A DNA stretch of 64,000 bases from NCBI GenBank assembly GCA_964478485.1, contig CAYZJE010000017.1, positions 6,065 to 70,064 on the forward strand, given 5' to 3'. This document shows, piece after piece, positions 29,514 to 38,629 of this stretch (the first letter of the stretch is position 1; each line of letters starts with the position of its first letter). Both the position numbers and the translations under genes were made by a program. The stretch is from an uncultured Syntrophobacter sp. Its GTDB lineage: Bacteria; Desulfobacterota; Binatia; UBA9968. Under the pieces are notes generated by a model. That model saw only the letters and a list, made by a program, of their open reading frames with translations. It made no database searches and was not told where the DNA came from.

Positions 29514-31031
29514 ATGAGCGCTGTAGAAAGCCCGCTGTTCGAACCGGTGCACTGGCAAGGCGCGGGCTTCGAAATTCTTGACGAGATCCAAGTTCCCGAG
29601 AAGATCGAGTACATCCAGGTGACCGAAGTCGCTCAGGCGATCGAGGCCGTGCGCGAGATGAAGACCCGCGCCTACGGCCAGGTGCTCACCTTTCTCTACA
29701 GCGCCGCGCTCGTGGCGCAGCAATACCAGGGAAATGAGCCGGCGCGGCTGCGCGAACGGCTAGCGTTGCTGACGCAGCAGTTTTGCGACGTGCGGCCAAC
29801 CTTCGATTTTCGCGGGCTCGGCAGTCACGTCGAGGAGTTTTTTGAGAAGTTACCGGCTAACGGCTCGGTTGGCGAGTCCATCGCGCGCCAGGCGCGCGAG
29901 TTCGGTGCGCAAATCACGCAGGCGCGGAGGGGCCGCGCCAAACGCACCGCTGCCGTGCTGCCCAATCCGGCGCGCGTGCTGACTCATTGCAATGTCAGCG
30001 GCGAGCTGGTCGCGGTAGCGTATTATTGTAAAGAGTTGGGCAAGGAATTCTCGGTCATCGCCACGGAGACTCGCCCCTATCTGCAGGGGGCGCGCTTGAC
30101 CGCGTGGGAGCTGGCGCAAGCGGGGGTTGACGTCGCGCTGATCCCCGACTGCGCGGTGGCGCAAGTGATGGCGAAAGGCGAGGTCAATGCCGTCATCGTC
30201 GGTGCTGACCGCTCGGCGCAAAACGGCGATGTCATCAATAAGGTCGGCACCTATCCGATCGCGCGGCTGGCCAAGGAATACGGCTTGCCCTTTCACGCGC
30301 TGGTGCAGGATCCGCGCGGGCTCGAACGTGGCGGCGATGTGCCGATCGAAGAGCGACCGGCGCCAGAGCTGCTGACTTTTCGGGGCAAACCGCTGATCGC
30401 CGGAAGCTATTCAACACTCATGTCGCGTTACCCGTCTTTCGATGTGACGCCGGCAGCGTTGATTACTCATCTCATCGGCTTCGACAATCTCTACACGCCG
30501 GAAACTTTTCGGCAGAAGTATCAGGCGCAGGGAGGCGGCTTAAACGGCAAGCCCGTGGCACGCGGAAAATATCTTTTGCTCTACGGTGTGCCGCCGAAAA
30601 GCCAATACGTTTTTTTGTTAAAGACCTTAAAGGCGGTGCAGGCGGAGAGCCTGCTTGTCCCTGAGATGCGGCCGGAGCTTTGGGGCGCCCAGGTGGTCGC
30701 TCGCGACCTGCTGGCGTTGAACGCACCGGTGACGCTGATCTCCGACAACATGATGGGGACAATGTTCGCGCACGGCGAGATAAGTAAGCTATGTTTCTTC
30801 TATAACCGGGTGGCTGAGATTGGGCCGACCGGCATAGTCGGTTCGCTGCTGGCGGTGCAGCTGGCACGTTTACATGGCGTGCCGATTGAACCGTTGAGCG
30901 GTGTCGAGTGGGTTTCCGCCGCCTCTGACAATGATGTCTCGACCTTCATGGGCAAGAATATTTGTCCAGCCGGGGTTTCGATCCACTTGGTTGAACCGGA
31001 AGTGGTGCCGTGGCGGTTGTTGAAAGATTAG
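29514..31031 (+). CDS. mtnA: S-methyl-5-thioribose-1-phosphate isomerase (MtnA, eIF-2B family) fused to a degenerate second eIF-2B-like half-domain
   Basis: ETRPYLQGARLTAWELAQAGVDVALIPD...VIVGADRSAQNGDVINKVGTY...IPIEERP...FDVTPAALI aligns with B. subtilis MtnA; extra roughly 150-aa C-terminus repeats the pattern in degenerate form (ELWGAQVVARDL, TLISDNMMGTMF). Confidence 0.8.
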   Translation: MSAVESPLFEPVHWQGAGFEILDEIQVPEKIEYIQVTEVAQAIEAVREMKTRAYGQVLTFLYSAALVAQQYQGNEPARLRERLALLTQQFCDVRPTFDFRGLGSHVEEFFEKLPANGSVGESIARQAREFGAQITQARRGRAKRTAAVLPNPARVLTHCNVSGELVAVAYYCKELGKEFSVIATETRPYLQGARLTAWELAQAGVDVALIPDCAVAQVMAKGEVNAVIVGADRSAQNGDVINKVGTYPIARLAKEYGLPFHALVQDPRGLERGGDVPIEERPAPELLTFRGKPLIAGSYSTLMSRYPSFDVTPAALITHLIGFDNLYTPETFRQKYQAQGGGLNGKPVARGKYLLLYGVPPKSQYVFLLKTLKAVQAESLLVPEMRPELWGAQVVARDLLALNAPVTLISDNMMGTMFAHGEISKLCFFYNRVAEIGPTGIVGSLLAVQLARLHGVPIEPLSGVEWVSAASDNDVSTFMGKNICPAGVSIHLVEPEVVPWRLLKD

Positions 31032-31043
31032 CAAGAGCGATCC

Positions 31044-32036
31044 GTGGCCAAGCTTGAAAACGACATGATGCGCTGGGGCAAGCTACTCTTCGAGCGGCGG
31101 CTGATCAGCGGCTGGGGCGGCAACTTAAGTTGTCGTGCCGGTAAAAACACTTTCCTGATCACCGGCCAACACGCGCCACTGGCTTTTCTTACGCTGAAAG
31201 ATTTGGTACGGCTGAATTCTGACGGCAAGCCGGTGCGCAAGGAACAGCGCGCCTCAAGCGAGACGCCGATGCACATGGCGGTGTATTCAGGGACCGAGGC
31301 GCGAGCGATCGTGCACGTGCACCCGCCCATGGTGCTGGCTTTTTCTCTGACTCATGAAAGCTTCGTGCCGGTAAGTTTTGAAGAGAAATACACCATCGGC
31401 GAGGTGCCGATTATCGCGCAGGATACGCCGACTGTCACCAAGCCAGAAAAAGTCGTCGAAGCGCTGCGATATCATCCGGTGGCGATTATCAAAGGGCACG
31501 GCACGGTGGCCATCGGCAAAACTTTTCAAGAAGCGTTTTTGTTGACGGACTTGCTCGAGGAGGCGGTGCATTGCCAATTTTTCAAGGACGGAGTTGCCGC
31601 TAACCGAGAATCGGCGACTGACCCGGCGAAACAAGAGAGCGTGGCGCCCGACGGCAAGCGGTATCCACTATTTTCCAAAGAGCATATGACCGCGCTGGTC
31701 GAGAGCGCAAACGGCGATCAGGATTTTCGCAAGTTCGGCGGCGAGACCAGCTTGACGACTTCGTTGACACTGCATATGGAAGAAAATAACACGGCGTGGA
31801 CGGTGAAATTTCTTTCCGGCGAAATTGCCGAATTGAATCAGCGAAGCGACGGCGATTTTCTGATCAGCGGCAACGCCGAGTGGTGGAACGCGGTGTTCAG
31901 TAACAAGATCGACGCGTTTTTGGCGACCCAGCAGGGCAAGTTAAAACTCAAGCGTGGCGAGCTGGCAGAGCTGTCGCGCTGGTACAAACCATTTCAAAGG
32001 GCATTCGCGCTATGGCAAACCATACCGATTCAGTAG
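31044..32036 (+). CDS. class II aldolase (MtnB/Ald2/FucA-like) fused to a C-terminal SCP2-like domain
   Basis: aldolase blocks ETPMHMAVYSG, IVHVHPPMVLAFS, KGHGTVAIGKTFQEAF; C-terminal about 130 aa with the SCP2-like pattern DGDFLISGNAEWWNAVFSNKIDAFLATQQGKLKLKRGELAELSRW. Confidence 0.75.
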   Translation: MAKLENDMMRWGKLLFERRLISGWGGNLSCRAGKNTFLITGQHAPLAFLTLKDLVRLNSDGKPVRKEQRASSETPMHMAVYSGTEARAIVHVHPPMVLAFSLTHESFVPVSFEEKYTIGEVPIIAQDTPTVTKPEKVVEALRYHPVAIIKGHGTVAIGKTFQEAFLLTDLLEEAVHCQFFKDGVAANRESATDPAKQESVAPDGKRYPLFSKEHMTALVESANGDQDFRKFGGETSLTTSLTLHMEENNTAWTVKFLSGEIAELNQRSDGDFLISGNAEWWNAVFSNKIDAFLATQQGKLKLKRGELAELSRWYKPFQRAFALWQTIPIQ

Positions 32037-33541
32037 GCTTTTTCGCGGCGGAAGTGTTGGACGTAACCGCGGCGCGCCAAGCGCAAAAGACCGCGCTCAT
32101 CACGAAAGAGGAAGAGCTCAGCTTCGGCGCGCTCAACCAACGGGTGCATGCGCTCGCCGGCCACTTACAGCAAGAAGGCATTCGCCAGGGCGACCGAGTC
32201 GGCGTGCTGTTGCCGAACTCCACCGCCATTCCACTGAGCTACTTCGCGACGCAGAAGATCGGCGCCGTGACCGTTATCCTCGACGCGCGCTTAAAAGGCA
32301 AAGAGCTCGAGGGCGTATTGAAAGACGCCGATCTTAAATTGCTCGTCGTGCATAGCCAGCTATTCGCCGAGGTCGAAGAGGTATTCACGGCGATGGCCCC
32401 GGTGCCGATGTGGATCGTCGGCGCGGATGGCGCGCGCGCTTTTGAAAAACGCTTCGCGGCGCCCGCCGGCGCGTTGACGCTGGCGAAATTGAATGCTGGC
32501 GACGATGCGTTGATTCTCTACACTTCAGGAACCACCGGCGAGCCCAAGGGCGTCGTGTTGAGCTATGTCAATTTAGCGCAATATCCGATGGTGATGGGAG
32601 AAATGCGGGTCACCGACTCCTCGACCATGCGCGGTTGTATCCTGCCGATGTCACATATCGTCGGCCCGGTGGTGTGTAACGAATTGGCCGACAGGGGCTA
32701 CACCTTGGTGATCTTCGATCAGATCAATCCGGTGACGCTCCTCGAAGGCATCCAAAAATATCGCGTCAATGTTTTCGAGAGCGTGCCGATCGTCTTTCAA
32801 CTTCTCCTCGGCGTGAAAAATCTCGCCAGCTACGATACCAGCAGCATGAAGATCGCGGCGATGATGGGCACGAGTATTCCCATGCCTTTGCTGCGCGCGT
32901 TCCAAGCGGCCGAGCCCCATATCAAAGTCATTCAAGGCTATGGGCTGACCGAGACCTCGCCGATGATTACGCTGGTTGAGCCGGACCGGGCCGAAGCCAA
33001 GATGGGCAGCATCGGCCGCGCCGTGCCGCGGGTCGAAGTGAAGATCGTCGACGAAAACGATAAGGAAGTTCCGCTCGGCGAAGCCGGCGAGATCATCACC
33101 CGCGGTCCCCATGTCATGAAAGGTTACTTTCGTCGGCCCGACGCCACCGCCGAGCGGATTCGTAACGGTTGGCTCTACACAGGCGATGTTGGCAAGGTCG
33201 AAGCGGACGGCTACTACTATCATCTTGGCCGGCGTGACGACATGATCATCACCGGCGGTTTGAATGTTTATCCCGCCGAGGTGGAGAATTTGCTTTACAC
33301 TTATCCCGGCGTGCAGGAGACCATCGTATTCGCCGTGCCCGATCCAAAGCGCGGCCATTTGATCGGCGCCGCCGTGGTGCCGCGCCCCGGCAGCAGCATT
33401 GTCGAGAAAGAATTGTTGACGTTCCTGCGCGGCAATCTGGCCAATTTCAAAGTTCCCGACCGGATCGTCATCCGCGAGTCGTTACCGCACACCTCGTCGG
33501 GCAAAACGGTTCGCGATGCGGCGACGTTGCTGGCGAGTTAA
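32012..33541 (+). CDS. AMP-dependent acyl-CoA synthetase/ligase (ANL superfamily)
   Basis: AMP-binding motif LYTSGTTGEPKGVVLS, GYGLTETSP, C-terminal lysine block SSGKTVRD; 25-nt overlap with the upstream gene. Confidence 0.85.
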   Translation: MANHTDSVGFFAAEVLDVTAARQAQKTALITKEEELSFGALNQRVHALAGHLQQEGIRQGDRVGVLLPNSTAIPLSYFATQKIGAVTVILDARLKGKELEGVLKDADLKLLVVHSQLFAEVEEVFTAMAPVPMWIVGADGARAFEKRFAAPAGALTLAKLNAGDDALILYTSGTTGEPKGVVLSYVNLAQYPMVMGEMRVTDSSTMRGCILPMSHIVGPVVCNELADRGYTLVIFDQINPVTLLEGIQKYRVNVFESVPIVFQLLLGVKNLASYDTSSMKIAAMMGTSIPMPLLRAFQAAEPHIKVIQGYGLTETSPMITLVEPDRAEAKMGSIGRAVPRVEVKIVDENDKEVPLGEAGEIITRGPHVMKGYFRRPDATAERIRNGWLYTGDVGKVEADGYYYHLGRRDDMIITGGLNVYPAEVENLLYTYPGVQETIVFAVPDPKRGHLIGAAVVPRPGSSIVEKELLTFLRGNLANFKVPDRIVIRESLPHTSSGKTVRDAATLLAS

Positions 33542-33658
33542 TTTTCATCACAACGGACCCAGCGCGGCGAAGCCGCAAGCGAAAATCGGCATGTCCCGCG
33601 TCCTTTGGGTCAAGCTCTGTACGCGAGGTTCGAACATCTCTGTGACATTGGTTAATTC

Positions 33659-34390
33659 ATGACATCCTGGCCTCAACCGCCTGTCGCGCTGCCGGCGCTT
33701 GAAACAAGCGTCCATGTTTGGGCCGTGCGGCTTGACGACGCGAGTGCCGATCTTGAGCGCGGCCGTAATTTGCTTTCCCCCGATGAGCGAGACCGAGCGG
33801 CGCGCTTCATATTTGAGCGAGATCGCCGGCGCTATTTGGCCGCGCATGCCGGGCTGCACGAAATTCTTAGCCGCTATCTGGCCATCGAACCGGCGCAATT
33901 GAGCTTTGATCTTGGCACTAACGGCAAGCCCAATGTTGCCCAAGCGTTGGCGCCGGGCGGCATCGAGTTCAACCTTTCCCACTCCAACGAAGTGGCCTTG
34001 GTCGCGGTCACCCTCGGACACGAGGTCGGCGTCGACATCGAACATGTCAGGGAGAAATTTGAGTTTCAGGACGTTGCCGATCGGTTTTTTACGGCCAAAG
34101 AAGTTGCCGCAATGCGTGGCTTGCCGTCGACACTGCAACGCCAGGCGTTCTTCAGATGCTGGACCAGTAAAGAAGCCTTTCTCAAAGCCAAAGGCACGGG
34201 TCTGTCCGGTGCGCTGGATGAAGTGAAAATTTCATTAGGCAGCGACGAGCAGGTTCGCGTCGCCGCCAATGTGCCGAATTGGTGGTTGTTCGAATTGGAC
34301 CCAATCGAAGGCTACGAGGCTGCACTTGTTTTAGCTAGTGAGCGAGCGCCGATTCGCTGCTACCAATGGCGGCCCAGGTTACCGGTTTGA
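33659..34390 (+). CDS. 4'-phosphopantetheinyl transferase (Sfp/EntD type)
   Basis: FNLSHSNEVALVAV, GVDIEHV and FFRCWTSKEAFLKAKGTG motifs. Confidence 0.8.
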   Translation: MTSWPQPPVALPALETSVHVWAVRLDDASADLERGRNLLSPDERDRAARFIFERDRRRYLAAHAGLHEILSRYLAIEPAQLSFDLGTNGKPNVAQALAPGGIEFNLSHSNEVALVAVTLGHEVGVDIEHVREKFEFQDVADRFFTAKEVAAMRGLPSTLQRQAFFRCWTSKEAFLKAKGTGLSGALDEVKISLGSDEQVRVAANVPNWWLFELDPIEGYEAALVLASERAPIRCYQWRPRLPV

Positions 34391-34468
34391 TCCTCCTCAA
34401 GGGACTGCGGACTGCTTATCGCTCGCGAAAAGCTCGCACAGAATAAATCCTGACGAATCATAGTGGCA

Positions 34469-35911
34469 TCATTTCATCCGAAAACTCGGCGGGACGACTT
34501 CGTCGATTGGTTTTCCGGTCCAGTGCCATTTGGCGACGCTATCCCAGACCTGCTCGCCTTTGGCTTGGACTTTTTCCAATAGCTCGGCTTCATTTAGGCG
34601 TAAATATTTGCCGTTGTCGACAAGCGTTTCGCCGTCGACGATGACCGTGCGCACGTCGCGGCTGACGGCGGTTTCCATCAGTGATCTGATCGGATCGCGC
34701 ACGGCGCCGAAGGCGATGTCGAGGAGATTGACGATGGTGATGTCGGCTTTGGCGCCCTTTTGTAATCTGCCCAAGTCGTCGCGGCCGAGCATCCTCGCGC
34801 CGCCGAGAGTGATCGAGTTGAAAACATCGCGCGGATGGCCGGCAAGAAAGCTTTTGTCGGCGACTCTCGACGCGATCGCGGCGTAGCGCATGTCGGAGAG
34901 AATGTCTTTGGGAAAAGTGTCGGTGCCGATGCCCATGTTGATGCCGGCCTGGCGATACTTATCGAACGACTCCATTAAAATGCCGAGCTTTAGGTATTTT
35001 AACGGGCTATACGCGACCGACGCGCCGGAGTCGGCGATGATTTTCAAATCGTCGCCGTAAGGATAGGCGAGCCAGCTATGGCCGCTGACGAAGATGCAAT
35101 GTGACAGCGACACTTCGGGATCGAGGAAGCTAAGCTTTTTTAACAGTTCAATCGGTGTGCAGCGCTCGCGCTGCATCACGGTGTGGAATTCAACCAGATT
35201 GATCGTCGCGTGAATCTGCACGCGCACTCCGGTGTCCCGCGCCGCTTTCCTGGTCTCTTTGAGCAGCGCCGGCGTGCAGGAGTCGACGTGGCCGGGATAG
35301 AGCAGCGCCGTCATGCGGCCACTGCACGCGCCGTTGAATTTCTTGGCGAAGTCGACGGCGGTTGCTAATCCCTTGCTGCCGCGCTCGTCGTTCCAGTCGT
35401 ATTCCAGCCTGCCTTCTTTGTCGTGAAAGAACGAAACGTTTTTGTAGCTCGGGCCGGCGGCGCAGCGAATGCCGACCTGATCGATCATGTCGACGTAACG
35501 CTCCGGCTCGCCGCCGGCGCCGCCGATGTCGAAGGTCGTCGTCACGCCGCTCTTGAGCACGTGAATCAACGAGTAGCGCTGGCCGATGTCAACGTCTTTG
35601 AGATGCGCCGAATGCGCGCCCGCGCGGGTCGGACCGCCGTGGGCGAGGTAGTTCGACGCGAAGAAATCGGTCTTGGTCGAGTCGTTGAGAATGTAGTCGC
35701 TAGCGTTGATGCCGGAGTGAAAGTGGGTGTCGATGAAACCGGGCGATACCAAGCAGCCTTTGGCGTCGACCTTTTTATCAACCGGGTGGGGGTATTCTTT
35801 GCCGACGAACTCGACGCGATTGCCGTCGTAGACGACTACCCCATCTTTGATCACTTCATGTTCTCGGCCGTCGAAACCAACGACCCAGCCGCCTTGGATA
35901 AGAGTTTTCAT
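34469..35911 (-). CDS. amidohydrolase-1 family metal-dependent hydrolase (TRZ/ATZ/MtaD/SsnA-like)
   Basis: N-terminal GFIDTHFH metal-binding motif, conserved His/Asp pattern, 480 aa. Confidence 0.75.
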   Translation of the reverse strand: MKTLIQGGWVVGFDGREHEVIKDGVVVYDGNRVEFVGKEYPHPVDKKVDAKGCLVSPGFIDTHFHSGINASDYILNDSTKTDFFASNYLAHGGPTRAGAHSAHLKDVDIGQRYSLIHVLKSGVTTTFDIGGAGGEPERYVDMIDQVGIRCAAGPSYKNVSFFHDKEGRLEYDWNDERGSKGLATAVDFAKKFNGACSGRMTALLYPGHVDSCTPALLKETRKAARDTGVRVQIHATINLVEFHTVMQRERCTPIELLKKLSFLDPEVSLSHCIFVSGHSWLAYPYGDDLKIIADSGASVAYSPLKYLKLGILMESFDKYRQAGINMGIGTDTFPKDILSDMRYAAIASRVADKSFLAGHPRDVFNSITLGGARMLGRDDLGRLQKGAKADITIVNLLDIAFGAVRDPIRSLMETAVSRDVRTVIVDGETLVDNGKYLRLNEAELLEKVQAKGEQVWDSVAKWHWTGKPIDEVVPPSFRMK

Positions 35912-36223
35912 TGGCCGCGCCTTTCAGATTTTCAAATACGAATCAGTGGCAGGACTAACAAAAGAGCATAACTAAGACAAGCACCGTAGCCGGAGAACGA
36001 TTATCGAGACGGCGGCGCAATTCACTTCCCGCACAACTCTCGGTGAATGCCGCTTCTTTCTAAGTGAGCGGCGAAACCCTTGTCGTAAAGCGTTTCCGCT
36101 TTTCGCCGCACCGGGAGTCAGAGAACGAGCCGCTGTTTGGATATGCAAGAATAGATTTGGGAGCGGCAGCGCCAGAGGCCAAGATGCGCTTTGCTCCTTT
36201 CGCCTCACTTACCCTTCACTGAT

Positions 36224-37297
36224 TCATCGTCCCCACAACTCGCGCTGAAAACCGCTTTTCTCTAAATTGTTGACGAAGCTGTTGTCGTAGAGATCTTCCG
36301 CGCGGCGCTTGACCGGCACGCCCTGGGAACGCAACAGCTCGATCGAGTCATGAACCGTTTGGCCCGGCACGATCATGCGCCGGTCGACGATGTCTTTGGT
36401 ATAGACGTTGTACGAGACTTGCAGCGCTTCTTCGTCCTTGGTGCGCATGACTTTGGCGATCGCCGCCTTAGTCTTGACGGGATTCTTGTCGACGTAGTGG
36501 ATCGCCTCGGCGAATGCCGCGACCATGCGCTGAACCATCTCTGAACGCTCGCGCACCGCCCGCGAGCTGGCGTGCAGCGAACTGTAAATGAAAGGAATAT
36601 CCAGGTCGATCAAACGATAGGTCACGTTGTATCCGTCATTCTTGGCGCGCACATCGATCGGCGGCGTGATGACGACTCCTTGAACGACGTTCATCGCCAT
36701 CGCCTGGTAGCGCTCGTTTTGGCTGCCGCCGATGGGCCGCAGGGTTACGTCGGGTACGTTGAACTTTTTGATCAGCGCGCGCGATAACCGGTCGCTTAAA
36801 TCTCCCGCTCGCGCCACCCCCAGTGCTTTACCTTTCAAATCCTCGATGCGGCGAATCTCTTTGCGGGTGATCAACACATAAGGCAGCTTGACCAGCGGCG
36901 CCGCAACCAGCTTGGCGTCGACACCGCCGGCCAGTGACGGTAGCGTCGCATCCGCGGCGCAATAGAGGAATTGAATCTCATCCGCCAACAGCGCGGTTAA
37001 GGCCGGTCGGCTACCGCGGATAAACACATGCTCCATCCTGAAGCCGTATTTATCGAAAAGATTATTCTCCAGCGCCGTGTAAAGATGCGCGAAGCCGCCT
37101 GAGACCGCGCAGGTGGCTATGCGAATGTTGATTGGCCGCTCGCCCGGGCGTGCCAGATATGGATTTGGCTGCGCTCGAACGAAAGCGTCTCCATAGGCGA
37201 TGAAAGCGAGTACTAACAAAATCGGCTTTGCCAGCGCGCGTCGGCCGATGGTCTGCCAGAATCGGACGGAGGATTGATGCGACCAACCCATCACCAT
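36224..37297 (-). CDS. NMT1/SsuA-like ABC substrate-binding protein with N-terminal membrane anchor/signal
   Basis: hydrophobic N-terminus AKPILLVLAFIAYG; family resemblance to the other NMT1-like SBPs in the window. Confidence 0.65.
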   Translation of the reverse strand: MVMGWSHQSSVRFWQTIGRRALAKPILLVLAFIAYGDAFVRAQPNPYLARPGERPINIRIATCAVSGGFAHLYTALENNLFDKYGFRMEHVFIRGSRPALTALLADEIQFLYCAADATLPSLAGGVDAKLVAAPLVKLPYVLITRKEIRRIEDLKGKALGVARAGDLSDRLSRALIKKFNVPDVTLRPIGGSQNERYQAMAMNVVQGVVITPPIDVRAKNDGYNVTYRLIDLDIPFIYSSLHASSRAVRERSEMVQRMVAAFAEAIHYVDKNPVKTKAAIAKVMRTKDEEALQVSYNVYTKDIVDRRMIVPGQTVHDSIELLRSQGVPVKRRAEDLYDNSFVNNLEKSGFQRELWGR

Positions 37298-37427
37298 GAG
37301 CTTCTCCTTGTGCTCAAGAACTTTAGCCGGAGCGAATTTAGCTAATTATCGTAGGTCGCTCAATATTTACATTACCGCCGCCAACGGCGGGTTGGAGTCA
37401 AATCGTTGGTAGCTAGACCGGCCGGCA

Positions 37428-38462
37428 TCACACCGCGAAGCGAAAGTGCGCTATGTCCGCGTCTTTGACGACATATTCTTTGCCTTCCAAGCGCAGTTTG
37501 CCGGCTTCCTTACACTTCGCCTCGCTGCCGTAAACGAGAAAGTCATCGTAGGCGACCACTTCGGCGCGGATAAAACCGCGCTCGATGTCACTGTGGATCT
37601 TGCCTGCCGCGTTCTTCGCCACCGTGCCTTGGGTGATCGTCCAGGCGCGCACTTCGTCTTCGCCGGCGGTAAAAAAGCTGATTAGGTCGAGCAATGCGTA
37701 AGCGGCGCGGATGAAACGGTCGCGGGCCGGCTCGGCGATACCGATTTCTTTGAGAAAGGCGGCGCGGTCGGCTTCGTCCAGCTGGGCGATTTCCATCTCG
37801 ACCTTGCCGGCAAGGCCAAACCCTTCCAATCCGCGCTGCTTGAGCTCAGCTTGATAATTGGCGTCGAGCGCTTTGCCGGCCTTTTCATCGGCTTGATTGA
37901 AAATCACCAACAACGGCTTACGGCTCAGAAAGCCGAAGCCGGACGCGAGATTTTCCTCGTCGGCGCTGAACGTCAACGTGCGCAGGCTCGCTTCATTCTC
38001 CAACGCCTTGGCGCAGCGCTCGAGCAAGGCTTCTTCGAGCGGCCGGGCCTTCTCTTTTTTCAGCCGGCTCTGCCGGTTCTCCACCACGGCGAGATCGGCG
38101 AGGATCATCTCGGTCAACAGGTCGTTCAACTCTTTCAACGGTTTGGCGTCGCCGCCGAAGTCCCGTAGAACCAGTGTAATGGCGTCGACCTCGCGCATTT
38201 GCGTCACCAGCGCCTGGTTCGATTTGAGATTGTCCTCACCTTGGCTCGGTGGAAAATCGGTGAAGCGGATCTCCGCGTAGGTGGTTTTTTTCGGCTTATA
38301 GATCCGCGACAGTTTGTCGATGCGCGCGTCGGGCACTTTGATGACGCCAAGGTGGACCTCTTCCTTGCCAGCGAAGCCGCCGACTTGCGCCTGCAAGCCG
38401 GTCAGCATGTTAAAAATCGTCGTCTTGCCGGCGCCGCGATGGCCGATTAAACCAACTTTCAT
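37428..38462 (-). CDS. YchF/OLA1-family P-loop NTPase (Obg-like ATPase) paralog
   Basis: C-terminal half aligns with E. coli YchF (GEDEVRAWTITQGTVAKNAAGKIHSDIERGFIRAEVV...KDADIAHFRF vs [37 protein letters not shown]...KDGDVMNFLF); Walker A GHRGAGKTT. Confidence 0.8.
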   Translation of the reverse strand: MKVGLIGHRGAGKTTIFNMLTGLQAQVGGFAGKEEVHLGVIKVPDARIDKLSRIYKPKKTTYAEIRFTDFPPSQGEDNLKSNQALVTQMREVDAITLVLRDFGGDAKPLKELNDLLTEMILADLAVVENRQSRLKKEKARPLEEALLERCAKALENEASLRTLTFSADEENLASGFGFLSRKPLLVIFNQADEKAGKALDANYQAELKQRGLEGFGLAGKVEMEIAQLDEADRAAFLKEIGIAEPARDRFIRAAYALLDLISFFTAGEDEVRAWTITQGTVAKNAAGKIHSDIERGFIRAEVVAYDDFLVYGSEAKCKEAGKLRLEGKEYVVKDADIAHFRFAV

Positions 38463-38629
38463 TGACTAGCCTCTCGTGATGGGGAATTCAAAGCATGCAA
38501 TCTAGCAGGAATATGTGACGGATTAAATCCACCCAAAGCTGAAAGCCAGTATCGTCTTCGCCTAAATAAAAGAACGCGCAGCACGGCGAAATCAACCGGC
38601 TGCGCGTAAATGACCAGCGTAGAGTGAAC

